DNA of 64,000 bases from an uncultured virus (IMG/VR IMGVR_UViG_3300021142_000016) (Duplodnaviria; Heunggongvirae; Uroviricota; Caudoviricetes), in IMG/VR virus record IMGVR_UViG_3300021142_000016; one strand, 5' to 3'. Below, piece after piece: positions 36,356 through 47,500 of this stretch. A program made the position numbers and the translations under genes. The notes beneath the pieces were generated by a model. The model saw nothing but the letters and a program-made list of their open reading frames with translations, was not told the origin of the DNA and ran no database searches. How positions within the stretch are numbered: the stretch's first letter is position 1; the number at the start of each line of letters is the position of its first letter.

Positions 36356-36506
36356 CTGCTGCCTTCTGTTTATCTTGAATGTCTTGTAATTGTTTTGTTA
36401 CTTGTGTATAGTCTGCTCTAATTGATGCCAGCTGAAGTTCATAACTTGCTGTAAGTTCACCAATACGTTGTTGTAGAGCAGTAATCATTAATTCTGCTTT
36501 TTCCAT
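36300..36506 (-). CDS. small coiled-coil protein
   Basis: Heptad pattern; downstream of the tail fibres. Confidence 0.6.
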   Translation of the reverse strand: MEKAELMITALQQRIGELTASYELQLASIRADYTQVTKQLQDIQDKQKAADEYSQSLSEITTQATAQS

Positions 36507-36521
36507 TTATTACCTGTTCTA

Positions 36522-36761
36522 TTAGTTAGATGCTGAGGTTGATGCTGCTGTTTGAGCGTCTATCTCTTTTTGCAAAGCTGCAATTTGTGCAGTAATATCT
36601 GCATCTTGTGCATTTAACGAAGCAATAGTATCAGCATTTGGTTTAGCTGAAGCGTTAGCTTCAATTAAGCTGAGGCTTACGTTGTATTGAGAGTATAGCA
36701 CATTTCTCATGTGTTGTTGTGCAATCTCAATCTTTTCTGCGGGTGTTAGTTCAGTGGCCAT
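36522..36761 (-). CDS. small coiled-coil protein (possible fibre chaperone)
   Basis: Strong AAGGAGG Shine-Dalgarno; similar to 36788..37012. Confidence 0.65.
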   Translation of the reverse strand: MATELTPAEKIEIAQQHMRNVLYSQYNVSLSLIEANASAKPNADTIASLNAQDADITAQIAALQKEIDAQTAASTSASN

Positions 36762-36787
36762 TTTTCCTCCTTAGATAGTATATCAGG

Positions 36788-37012
36788 TTATTGATTTTCA
36801 GTCAACAAGCTTAATTCTTTATTTAGTGCTATTATTCTTAATTGAGCATCCTGCAAATACTGGTTGTATCCGTTTAAACGCCCCTCATCTGGTATTTCTT
36901 GAGATTGTTCTTTTTTTAAACAATCATTTGCATCATTGATAGATAATTTAATATTATTTATTCTATTATTAATTATTTCTACTTTTTCTTTTATACTTAA
37001 ACTATTTATCAT
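36788..37012 (-). CDS. small coiled-coil protein (possible fibre chaperone)
   Basis: Likely start MINSLSIKEKVEII right after the fibre stop. Confidence 0.6.
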   Translation of the reverse strand: MINSLSIKEKVEIINNRINNIKLSINDANDCLKKEQSQEIPDEGRLNGYNQYLQDAQLRIIALNKELSLLTENQ

Positions 37013-37013
37013 T

Positions 37014-40000
37014 TTAATATACCTGCGTAAATGAATCTGAGCTTGCTTTAGTTTTTGACGTAGTAATTGGAGTTCCTGATGTTCCAGTACCACTTGCACC
37101 CGTCCATGGGGTTAAAACTGCATAATAGTAATAGTTTGCTCCACCGTTACCAGTTCCTACCTGAGTTCCTGGTGCTGTAAATGCAGAACCAGTATACGTT
37201 CCACCCAATGTTGATGAACGATAAATTGTTCCAGTAATTGATCCTAAATTAGTACCATATGCATAAAAAGTAATAAATGGATTACTTGCGCCACCTGTAG
37301 CATATACTGATGTGATAGATGGTTTTGGAGCTGTATAAGTCCATTGAGCATATAATGTTATATTGCTTGTTGGTGAATATGATCCTCCACCGCCTCCAAC
37401 TCTTGTTCCCCCAGAAGACGCAGTGTACCAACCATTAAATGTGTAATTTGCTACAGATGAAGGTGTTGGCAAAGTTACTGTGCTACCTGTTGTACTTCCG
37501 CCTGCGGAGTCAACCGAGTCTGAAAAAGTAACCGTATAAGATGGAGCAGTATAAGTTAAATAAAACGATGAACTGGTTGCAGATGTTGATTTTGCAGATG
37601 GAGTTACTGTTGAGCTGTAACCGTTTTGCAAAGTACCACCTGTTCCAGCACCAGTAGCATTTGGTCCAGACCATGCTGATACACCAGTTAATGTTACAGA
37701 TGTTGATGCAGGAACAGAAAAAGTTATAGAAGTTAATGTTGTAGTTCCACTGTAAAGTGTGCTTCCTAAGCTATATGCATAAAAATAGCTTACAGCATTA
37801 GACGATGCCCCCCAAGTTAATGTTACTTGTTGGCTTGTGTTATATGCATAAACAGTTCCCGATTCATATCCACTTGATGAGTAACTCCAAGTATCACTAA
37901 GGTTTGTTGCTCTATCATATAATGATGAATTATAAACTCCTGAAACTTGATCTTTATAGTCTGTTGCATATGTTGCAGCATTCCAAGAAATAGTCATTAC
38001 GTTGTTAGATGCCCCAGATATTGATATCCCTGCACCACTTGGCCAATGAGGTGTATTTGTACTGTCGTAAGCATAATATGTAAATGCGCCTGGAGCTGTT
38101 ATTGCAGATCCTGTTACATAAATTGTTGAAGAAATATAACCAGATACTGAATATGTAACAGTTACTGTTGAATTTCCACCTGAAGAAAGTCCTGTAACTG
38201 TAATTGCACCAGTAGACGAGTTGATAGAAAGTGTGCCAGACGATGCTGATCCTGAATAGGTACCGCCCGATGGGTTTGGTGAGTTATTTACAGAAGCTGT
38301 AAATCCATCACTTGTTGAAGTTAGAGTTCCATATGTTGGTGGTATTGGCATACTTGGCAAATAAGAAAGTATTGAACCTGAACCATTATTAATAGTTACT
38401 GTAGTAGAACCTGTTGTTAAATATCCATGAGCAGAATCTGCACCACTCCAATAATAATATGTGCTTCCATTAAGCCCTACAACTGTATCTCTAGTTGCAT
38501 AATTAAATGCTGGGTAAGTTGCGTCATTAGTATTAATTGTATAGTATGCATTTGTAAATGTTAATACTTCACTTAAAGGCCCGCCACTTGTTGTATAACC
38601 AGTGTGTTGGTTTAAAGTTAATGTAGTTCCATTAATAGCTGTTACATAACTTCCAGATGTTATATATGAACCTGACACCTGTGTAATACCAGCAACTATC
38701 CCAGTAGTGCTGGGCACAACTACAGTATATTGTAAAGAACCATTTCCTGGTAAAGGCGACGTATTTACTGTACTTGTTAAAGTAACTGATGCTGTACTTT
38801 CTGCATAAGTTAATCCTGAAAAATTTGTAACATTGGTAACTGGCACAAGATCTGTTCTTACACTACTTGCAAGATTATATGATCCTGCGTTGTAGTAAAG
38901 ATTTGTACCAGCTCGTCCGCTACCGCTTATTGTTGGATATGAATTTACTGTAGGTGCTTGATACGTAATTGGCCCAATTGATGGTGCACTTGCTGGATTT
39001 CCTAAACCACCTGAATTTCCTGCGTAAATAGATGTTCCTATTGTATAAGAAGTACCAAAACTAAATGTTATATCTACATAATTTGATTGATAATTTCCAC
39101 TTACATCTTGCTGAATAGATTGACCATTTTGATTATTTAGATAAACTTGATATTCATAATAAGTTGGACTATTGCTCCATGTACCAAAATGCAAACGATA
39201 TGTTGAGCCGACATAGTACGGTGCTGAAATTGGATTATTTGAAGTGTCAGTCCAGTAAGGGGCGGATGTATTTACTGGTACAGAAATTGTAACATTTCCC
39301 GTTGCTTGTGTTGCAGTTGTAACACCAACTGTTGGAGCACCTGTATTATAGGCAGTTACATAGCAACTTATTGGATGTCCAACATCTGATGCTTGAATAG
39401 TATAACTATTTTGTGGATTACCCGAGCCATATGCCCAACTATAATTATAAGTGCCTGATGCTGTAATAAATGTAGCTGTATAAGAATCTGGTAAATATGT
39501 TGCTCCCGTGTTCCAACTTGAGCTAATACTTAATATGTCACCAACGTGAGGGCTAGACGTTGATCCTCCAGTATTTAAGCTTATTGATGATGAAATATTT
39601 ACTGGCATATTTTTTGTAACTTCTATGGCGGTTGAATTGGCCGTTGTTGTTCCCGATGTATCAGTTGCTGTTACTGAAAAAGTTATATTTTGACCATCAT
39701 ATCCAGTTGTTGAAAATGTTGTTCCAGTGGACCCCGTTGATGTTCCATTAGACAACCAAGAGTATGCGTAGCTATTTGTTCCCGTTCCGTATGGCTCAGT
39801 CCAGGTTCCTTTTGAACTAGTCAGTGTGGATCCAAGTAATGCTTGATTTCCAGGGATATTTGTATTGGCATATGTTGGAGCTGTAATTGAAGGCAATACC
39901 GTGTTAACTGGGGTATCTATTGTGCTTGAAAACCATTTTTGCCATGTCGTGGTTGATGTTTTAACATAAGCAGATTTAATTGATGTCCATGCAGTTGTTG

Positions 40001-40067
40001 ATGTTTTAACATACATTCTTTTTGCAGATGACCAGGCACTTGTTGATGTTTTAATATATGCGCCCAT
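37014..40067 (-). CDS. tail fibre/adhesin with Ig-like and InlB-B/Flg_new-type repeats
   Basis: Three Y(I/V)KTST..W repeats, PVN...P Ig-like starts, YTFNGWYTASSGG...TLYAQW; Ser/Thr/Gly-rich. Confidence 0.8.
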   Translation of the reverse strand: MGAYIKTSTSAWSSAKRMYVKTSTTAWTSIKSAYVKTSTTTWQKWFSSTIDTPVNTVLPSITAPTYANTNIPGNQALLGSTLTSSKGTWTEPYGTGTNSYAYSWLSNGTSTGSTGTTFSTTGYDGQNITFSVTATDTSGTTTANSTAIEVTKNMPVNISSSISLNTGGSTSSPHVGDILSISSSWNTGATYLPDSYTATFITASGTYNYSWAYGSGNPQNSYTIQASDVGHPISCYVTAYNTGAPTVGVTTATQATGNVTISVPVNTSAPYWTDTSNNPISAPYYVGSTYRLHFGTWSNSPTYYEYQVYLNNQNGQSIQQDVSGNYQSNYVDITFSFGTSYTIGTSIYAGNSGGLGNPASAPSIGPITYQAPTVNSYPTISGSGRAGTNLYYNAGSYNLASSVRTDLVPVTNVTNFSGLTYAESTASVTLTSTVNTSPLPGNGSLQYTVVVPSTTGIVAGITQVSGSYITSGSYVTAINGTTLTLNQHTGYTTSGGPLSEVLTFTNAYYTINTNDATYPAFNYATRDTVVGLNGSTYYYWSGADSAHGYLTTGSTTVTINNGSGSILSYLPSMPIPPTYGTLTSTSDGFTASVNNSPNPSGGTYSGSASSGTLSINSSTGAITVTGLSSGGNSTVTVTYSVSGYISSTIYVTGSAITAPGAFTYYAYDSTNTPHWPSGAGISISGASNNVMTISWNAATYATDYKDQVSGVYNSSLYDRATNLSDTWSYSSSGYESGTVYAYNTSQQVTLTWGASSNAVSYFYAYSLGSTLYSGTTTLTSITFSVPASTSVTLTGVSAWSGPNATGAGTGGTLQNGYSSTVTPSAKSTSATSSSFYLTYTAPSYTVTFSDSVDSAGGSTTGSTVTLPTPSSVANYTFNGWYTASSGGTRVGGGGGSYSPTSNITLYAQWTYTAPKPSITSVYATGGASNPFITFYAYGTNLGSITGTIYRSSTLGGTYTGSAFTAPGTQVGTGNGGANYYYYAVLTPWTGASGTGTSGTPITTSKTKASSDSFTQVY

Positions 40068-43000
40068 TTATACCTCTATAAACAAATCGCCTATTAAACC
40101 AGTAGAACCATTTGGTGTATTCGTGGATGTTTTACCATAATAAATTGCAAATCCAGTTGCCATATCTCCCGCAGTAATACTTGTGGTGTCTGGTCCATCA
40201 GTAGCACCTGAACTATTTGGTGCATACACCATAACTCTTGTAAATGGTGCTCCGTAAACTAGTGTCCCTACAGCATTTGTATAAGATCCCGTAGACATAT
40301 AAGTTTGAACACGAACATCATCTCCGTAATAAGAAAGTCCATGAATGTGCATTCCATTTGAATCAAGTCTAATTTGTCCCACGCCAGCTTGTGAGTGTGC
40401 GTATCCATCGGAACCAATATAAAATCCAGTTCCTGGTTCTGGTGTTTGCAAGGTTATAGAGCCATTTGTTCCATCAACATTTAACGATGTAGTTGAAGTT
40501 CCTGCATTAAAATTTTTACCGCCTGGAGAGCCATTATTATAATTCCAATAATTGTAACCATCTACATAAAATGATGCTCCAGATATTGTTGATCCTGCAG
40601 CAATTGTTCCTGTTACATAAACATTTCCGCTAGAATCTAAGACAAAGTTTGGAGATATAATAGATCCTTTGCCATCAAGAACTATTGACATGCCTGCCTG
40701 AGAATAAATACTTCCTGTTGCTGGTGCCGTATATGTTGTTGATTTAATTGTACCCGCGCTAATATTACCGCCAGTAATTGTTGTATTGTTGGATGTAATA
40801 TCTGCAGCTGCTCCACCGATTGTAATTTTCCCAGCTGCTGTGTTTGCTGCATTAGTTGCTGCATTTGCTGCATCTGAAGCTGTTTTTTGTGCGGTACTGG
40901 CTGCCGATGCTGCATTTGAAGCTGTTGTTGAAATTCCAGTTAAAGAAGTTGATAATGCTGTTCCATTAAATATTGCACCTGTTGCATAAAGTGTTCCATC
41001 TACACCAACTCTAAAATTAGCACTTGGTACAGCTGCTGAGGTGTTTGCACTTGCACCCGCCCACATGACATATGTATTACTATCTGAACCAACAAGGGGG
41101 ACTGAAAGCGAAGAATAGTATGTTCCTGCAGCATTTTTTGCTGTAAATAAAGAGTTTGCACTATCTAGGGTTATGGTGCCAGTTGACACAGTTTTATGAA
41201 TTGTAGATGAGTCAATAGTCCACCCACCGATATTTGCACTTGCTGTTGTAAGTGTTCCTGTTGATCCATCAATGGTTGTTATATTAGTTGTACCATTATT
41301 AAATGTAATACCTGATGAATTAAGAATATATCCTGCTGATGTTAGGTTTCCAGAAACATTTAATGTTCCAGAATAGATTGAAGCTCCTCCAGATACCCCA
41401 GAAGCCATCTTTATATTTCCGCTAAACGAACCGCCTGTTGCAGTAATTGTTCCAGATATATTTGCAGAGGTTGCATATAAAGATCCACCCGCAGTAATAT
41501 GTGCACCATTTTGAGAAATAAAGTTTAAAGAAATATTTGTAATGTTTGATACGGGAGTTGCGGATAATACAACATTTCCAGTTCCTACACTTACTATTGT
41601 TGTTCCGCTTGCAATTCCTGTTCCTACTACATACATTCCTGCCGTTAAATTGGTTGTACTTGAAACATTTAATGTTGTAGAAGCAGTCGTGCCTGTTCCT
41701 GTATAAGTATATGAGTTTGAACCAATATCTAAGCTGCCGCCTGCAATTTGCATATTTCTTGCAATAACAGAGCCTGATGGAGATACGCTAAATTTAGCAC
41801 TACCGTCTGAGTTGTCTGAACTTATTGCACCCGCCCAAAATGCATACTTTGAATTTGAGCCAGATAACCCTGTGTACCCAGCAGAGTAAGATCCACCAGA
41901 TAAATCATTCTGTATGTGACTTGAAGTTATAGACCAATCACCAATATGAGCATTTGTTGTTACAAATGTATATGGAGCACCTGCTGCTCCTATAATTTGT
42001 GTTGATGGTGTACCCGATGTTGTGCTAGTACCGTCATTTGGACCCCAAACAAAAAGTCCCGCTTCACCTGATGTTGTTCCCAAAATAACATTTGGGACAG
42101 AAGTATTTGATGATCCTAGATAGATGGAGCCTGTATTTGATATTTGAATTGATGAATTAATTAATGATGTTGTTGGGTTAGTTGGAGTTACTGTAATTGG
42201 ATTTGAAAATAAAGAGTTATTGTTAAACTCATCATAATAAACTGTTACAGTCCAAACTTTAACATAATTTGTTGTAAACCTTGTTAGTGGGGCATTACCA
42301 CTTGCTACAAGTGCTTGCATGTGATAATTACCTACTGCTTGATCAGTTAAACTATTGCTTAAATGTATTGTATAATTGTTAGCCCCTGGACCATCAGTAA
42401 TTGATGTGACATATGTTAATGGAGGTATTCCATGTCCCGTAATTGCCATTCCATAACACATGTCTGGATTTTGGCCCATGTTATCTTGGTCTAAAAAGTT
42501 AGTAGCTACGATAGAATTTGTTCCTACTTTACCTATTGTTGGATCTGAAACAAAATCTGCATCCATAAAATCCATCAAAGTTCCCATAGCATTTAACATT
42601 GCTGTTGGATCAACAAAATATTCATAAACTTCAACATGTTGTACTTGAGTAATTTCGTTAGATACAGAAACGCTATACCCATCAATAATAGCTGAAACTG
42701 TTGGATTTGGAGTAATTGATGCAAGTGGATTTGTCCTTGATGCTACTGTAAAAGCAACACCGTTTGATCTTGCATCTACACCAGAAGCACTTTGAAATAG
42801 ACCAGTAAATGAACTATAGTAGGTGGCAAATTGACTGAATAGTTGGGTATCTGTAATTGTAGCTGTTTGAGTTAAACTTGAAGTGCCGTCGGGATAAACA
42901 TAAAAATAACCATTTAAATTGTTTGGTGCAGTTAATGTAACAATAAATCTAACTCCCGCATTTGTTGACGGAAGTGTATAATTAATAACAACATTATTTC

Positions 43001-43952
43001 CTGCCCATGTTGCAGATGTAATTGTTACTTCACTTGGAGGAATATAATTTACTGCAACTGGGGATGTTGGTGTAATTCTATAGGCTGTTGAATATCCTGT
43101 ATAGCTGCCTGTGCTATCTGTAAATCTTGCTCTAACCCAGCGAGTCTGCGTGTCTGGAGTAATGACAATTGCTGGATTAATAATCCCAGTGTAGACGTCT
43201 GCGTACCCCGTTCCTGGATCTGATGCAGCTGATGAAACAACTTCTTGAATTTCAATTTCATTAAAATCAGATTGAGTTGGAGTTGTATATGCAACAGAAT
43301 ATCCATTTTTTACCGAAGTAACAGTAATTACTGGTGTTGGCAAATCCATCATATACTGTGGCAAAACAAATGGAACTGTTGGTTGTGTACTGTCATTTCC
43401 AAAGGCATCTTGTACAACTGCCGTAACTGTTAATCCTGAAGTTATTGGTAATCCAAATAAAATTCTATTTTCAGCAAGTGTAAGATCATAAAAAATCTGA
43501 GATGAAGAAACAGTAATAGATTTAGTTAACACGCCATTAGAAAATGTAAGAACAACAAATTGTGCATAAGCATTTACTGGATCTGTAGAATCCCAAGTCC
43601 ATGCTAGATGAAGGGTTGAACCCACCCATTCTGTATTTACAGTGTCCCAAACAATTGGGTTTGGTGGAGTTACTGTATTTGCAGCTTTAAGAATATTTGC
43701 TGCTTGATAAAAGTTTAATAATCCACTAGTATCTGCATTACTAGAATTTGTATCTGGTGCTTTGAGGGCAACTTGAGAATCAAGTGAAATCGCACGAGCA
43801 TTTTGTGCTTTTAAATCAACAATAACAACTTCAGCTCCTTGACGAGCCATTGTTTGTGCATAATTACCATTTTTTAGACGTGGGTCATTAACGTCTATAA
43901 AGACTGTTTGTCTTTTAGAGACGCTATTGGGTGAGTTATATTTACTCTGCAT
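40068..43952 (-). CDS. tail fibre/minor tail protein (FN3-like domains plus beta-helical repeats)
   Basis: FN3-like N-terminal half; IGGWTI and ANISGTITATGG repeats; Ala-rich coil. Confidence 0.8.
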   Translation of the reverse strand: MQSKYNSPNSVSKRQTVFIDVNDPRLKNGNYAQTMARQGAEVVIVDLKAQNARAISLDSQVALKAPDTNSSNADTSGLLNFYQAANILKAANTVTPPNPIVWDTVNTEWVGSTLHLAWTWDSTDPVNAYAQFVVLTFSNGVLTKSITVSSSQIFYDLTLAENRILFGLPITSGLTVTAVVQDAFGNDSTQPTVPFVLPQYMMDLPTPVITVTSVKNGYSVAYTTPTQSDFNEIEIQEVVSSAASDPGTGYADVYTGIINPAIVITPDTQTRWVRARFTDSTGSYTGYSTAYRITPTSPVAVNYIPPSEVTITSATWAGNNVVINYTLPSTNAGVRFIVTLTAPNNLNGYFYVYPDGTSSLTQTATITDTQLFSQFATYYSSFTGLFQSASGVDARSNGVAFTVASRTNPLASITPNPTVSAIIDGYSVSVSNEITQVQHVEVYEYFVDPTAMLNAMGTLMDFMDADFVSDPTIGKVGTNSIVATNFLDQDNMGQNPDMCYGMAITGHGIPPLTYVTSITDGPGANNYTIHLSNSLTDQAVGNYHMQALVASGNAPLTRFTTNYVKVWTVTVYYDEFNNNSLFSNPITVTPTNPTTSLINSSIQISNTGSIYLGSSNTSVPNVILGTTSGEAGLFVWGPNDGTSTTSGTPSTQIIGAAGAPYTFVTTNAHIGDWSITSSHIQNDLSGGSYSAGYTGLSGSNSKYAFWAGAISSDNSDGSAKFSVSPSGSVIARNMQIAGGSLDIGSNSYTYTGTGTTASTTLNVSSTTNLTAGMYVVGTGIASGTTIVSVGTGNVVLSATPVSNITNISLNFISQNGAHITAGGSLYATSANISGTITATGGSFSGNIKMASGVSGGASIYSGTLNVSGNLTSAGYILNSSGITFNNGTTNITTIDGSTGTLTTASANIGGWTIDSSTIHKTVSTGTITLDSANSLFTAKNAAGTYYSSLSVPLVGSDSNTYVMWAGASANTSAAVPSANFRVGVDGTLYATGAIFNGTALSTSLTGISTTASNAASAASTAQKTASDAANAATNAANTAAGKITIGGAAADITSNNTTITGGNISAGTIKSTTYTAPATGSIYSQAGMSIVLDGKGSIISPNFVLDSSGNVYVTGTIAAGSTISGASFYVDGYNYWNYNNGSPGGKNFNAGTSTTSLNVDGTNGSITLQTPEPGTGFYIGSDGYAHSQAGVGQIRLDSNGMHIHGLSYYGDDVRVQTYMSTGSYTNAVGTLVYGAPFTRVMVYAPNSSGATDGPDTTSITAGDMATGFAIYYGKTSTNTPNGSTGLIGDLFIEV

Positions 43953-43964
43953 GACCCTCCCCTG

Positions 43965-44450
43965 CTATCTTGGACCGATTGCAATCCAATTAATAAAAAC
44001 GGTTCCAGTAACTGTTTTAGTTGTTCCCGTTCTATAAAGCCTATAAGCAAAGCCAGTTGAGGTTACATTGTATACGTTAATAATTAAATCGTCAAGCGTT
44101 GTTGATACTGTTGATGAATTACCTGTCCATATTGTTGCTGTAACAACAGGTGCTGCAGAAAAAGAATTTGTTCCTGTTTGAGCATCTGCAAATGTTACAT
44201 TTCCATAATATACGTGAGGAGTACCAGAATTGTCTGGAGCATAGCTGGAAGCTTTACCAAATACGATTGCTTGTGAACCTGGATCATACTGGTGTGTGAG
44301 TGGAGAGGTGGTCCAATCAACAACGCTAGATGTTCCAAAATTATTGGTTAGATTATTAATACTGTCACTGTGTTGGTTTACAACATTGATAACCTGGTGC
44401 CAGGCAGCCAAATCAATGATGTTTGGATCTGATATTTTAACGTATGCCAT
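43965..44450 (-). CDS. minor tail protein (gp53-like/H-type lectin-like C-terminus)
   Basis: VTF....FS.AP.V.AT...VT.TGF...INWIAIG. Confidence 0.7.
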   Translation of the reverse strand: MAYVKISDPNIIDLAAWHQVINVVNQHSDSINNLTNNFGTSSVVDWTTSPLTHQYDPGSQAIVFGKASSYAPDNSGTPHVYYGNVTFADAQTGTNSFSAAPVVTATIWTGNSSTVSTTLDDLIINVYNVTSTGFAYRLYRTGTTKTVTGTVFINWIAIGPR

Positions 44451-44501
44451 TATTTTCCACCTTTTTTATTTATACATAGATTATACCATTTTTGAGCCAT
44501 T

Positions 44502-47500
44502 TTAGTAAGATAGTCCCTTGTCAATCTGATTTAATACCAGCGTAGTTTTAAGGCCTTGGTTAAACACATGGGAAACAGAGTGAACTGTATACTTTTGCTG
44601 ATTTAATGCAGACAATGTATAATTAACCGTTATTACATCTCCAACTTGGATCATTGGGTTACCAAAAATAATTAACTGTGTGTCTTTTGAAAACCCGTCA
44701 AAACCTTTTTCAATAACTGTCATTAATCTGTTTGCAGACTGTTCTGATTGAATCCATTGAGAATCTACCTGTGCTACCTCTGTGGCATTTACTGGATCAA
44801 CAATTTTTTCAATAACTTTGGGATCTGATGGAGCAATAATTTCATGAGTCCACAAATTTAAGTTTACTGTAAACTGATTTAAGTTATCTGATTGCTTACT
44901 TAAATATACCATGTGGTTTGAGTTATTTACAATAGCCATTTTTGCTCTAAACCCAGTATTGATTGGGGTTGAGTACGCCAAAGAATACTCGTCAACAGTT
45001 TGTTGTTGATAGTATTGTTGATCCGTAGGAGTAGTTCCTGGAAAATAATACCACAAATATGAAATTGGAAGAATATCAACAGAAACCGCAGCTGGATTTG
45101 TATATTGAACATCATAAGTATTAATACCAACAATTTGAGGTGTTGTTTGCATCATATAGCTTTTATATTTTGAAAACAAATTATTTCCTTGAATAAGACC
45201 ATTTAAAAATTCTCTATCTTGAAAATAATAACTTACGCTTCTTTCCTTAAAAGGTTTTTGACAAGCATAAATTTCTTGAAGGTGAGCTGGAGTAACAGTA
45301 GAGCTTACTGTATTTGGATAAGTAATTCCTGATATTGTTACTGGTTTTGTTGAAGTATAAAAACCAAAATTTGTGCCAGTAAAATCAAGAGCTGACCCAC
45401 CAGTTGTCAACATATTTTTTTGTCTTAATCCAGTTACTGTATTCTTTGGCTTTGCCGTCCAACCAGAAACGCCGTATCCTGTTGAATCAACAGTTCTTGC
45501 ATCAGGTATTTGCCAGCCAGTAATTTCAATATTGTTTAAAAATATTTCAATAATTTCTCCGACTTGCTCTCCCGCTGAAAATGTTTGATCTGTTCCATCT
45601 GAATAATAATGTGCAACTTTAAGATTAAATGTTTGATCAGAAGATGCAACATATGTATAATTTGAGTTTGCCCCTGAACCTGTTACTTTTGTTAAAACCT
45701 GCTCAAAGTTAGCAATAATATAATTTGCATGCCCAGTTACATCTGCCCAAGTTATGACAGTGGCTGTAGAGCCCGAAACTGAATAGACAGCAATAACATA
45801 CCTGTATGAAGCAGTTCCAGAAGTTGCTGTATTAAATTTAATAAGCTCTACAAAATAAGCACCCGAACCATTTGATCCTGTTTGGTTGAAGAATATTCCA
45901 CTTGCAGATGTTTGTTGATTTGTTAAATCAAACTTAGCAGAATATGTATGATAACCTTGATCCGTGCTTGATGGATATACTAAAGTTTTAGTATTTGCTG
46001 CAGCTTGTACTGCTATTTTATTAACTCCTGGGAGACTTGGATAATTTGTTTTTGTATTGTACCAAGAAGTGTTGGTCCCAGATCCTAGGGAATAAGACGA
46101 GTTAAATGTACCCTCAAGCAAATTTTTTGCAGAAATTGATTGTCCGCTTGAAAAAACAGTATGTGCAGAAGGTACCGTTCCAAATAAACCTCTTTGCACA
46201 TTTGTAATTGATTGTGAATTATTGTCTACACCCGACGGTGAGACCAAAACGTTATAGTCTGATTTAGTTGTTGCTGAACCTGTTGAATCAACATTGGATG
46301 AAATTACAAGTCCTGTAGCATATTTTTTAATATATTGATTGATATAAGAAGAAAGTTCAAGATCATTTTTAACAGATATAGTCATTGGGCTTGAACCGTC
46401 AAGATTGCTAATTGTATATTGTTTGTATGCAAAAGAAACTATTTCATTTTCAATAACAGCATACCCATTATTATTTAAAGAAAAGCTGTGAAATACATCA
46501 AGTAAATCATTTTTATTAATTGTATATTTATTATCGTTTGCACTCATTGAAGAATACAAATAGTTAAATCCAACTGAATCCAGGCTTGATTGTTGCCATA
46601 CAACGTCATTTGATGTTGTATAAACAAATGATGGATCATTTTTAATTGTTGGATCTGTAGCATTTTGTAAGGCTAGGGATTGTTTAATTTTAGGAGGTTG
46701 ATATCTTAAAGAAAGTTTTCCTGGCTTTGCTTTATTGGTTATTGAATAGCCTTCCGTGACAATGCTTGAATCAGATATCGTGAGAGAAGAATTGGCAGAT
46801 GACAGTATTCCTGACAAACTCTTAAACCTCATAATTCCATATTCGTCAATAAATGCACCAATTTGATAGGCCAAGAATATTTGGGATAAAGCATCTATAA
46901 GCGTAGTGTCTTTACTATTTACATAATAGTAGGCTAGGTCCAAAGGCATTGTTTTATCGTTAGATACTGCGTATAATGAATCGTAATCATAATCTGTAAA
47001 TCCCGCCAAATCTAAAATGTTTGAAATTACATCCGATACTGGCTTTAAGTTAGCAACATAATCTGGAGATGGTAAAGTTTGAAGATATCTTGTAATATCA
47101 TAAGCGGTAATTTTAACATCTTTAATATCTGTTTCATCCCAGGCATCTGAGTAAAAAACACCAGCTGGTATGTAGGTTCCAGTGTTGCCATTTGGTTGAG
47201 TAAATGATCCTGTACTGCTATTAAAATATGATTTTAAAGTCCAGCCAAGATAAAACTTAATATTTTTTCTAAGCATGTTTGCCAGTATGTTTGTAGATAA
47301 ATTACTTTGACTTGAAAATACTGGAACAAAACCATTGTTTAATGCCACTGGGATTGCTGAAAGCGTAATCTCAGCATCATCAGCATTAATAGAAGAAATT
47401 GGAACAAAATTGTTTTTAGAATCAAGAGATTTATTAATTGTTACATCTTTTGTAAAGTTTGTTAAATCAATTTCTAATCTTGGAGACATTTCAATTAATT

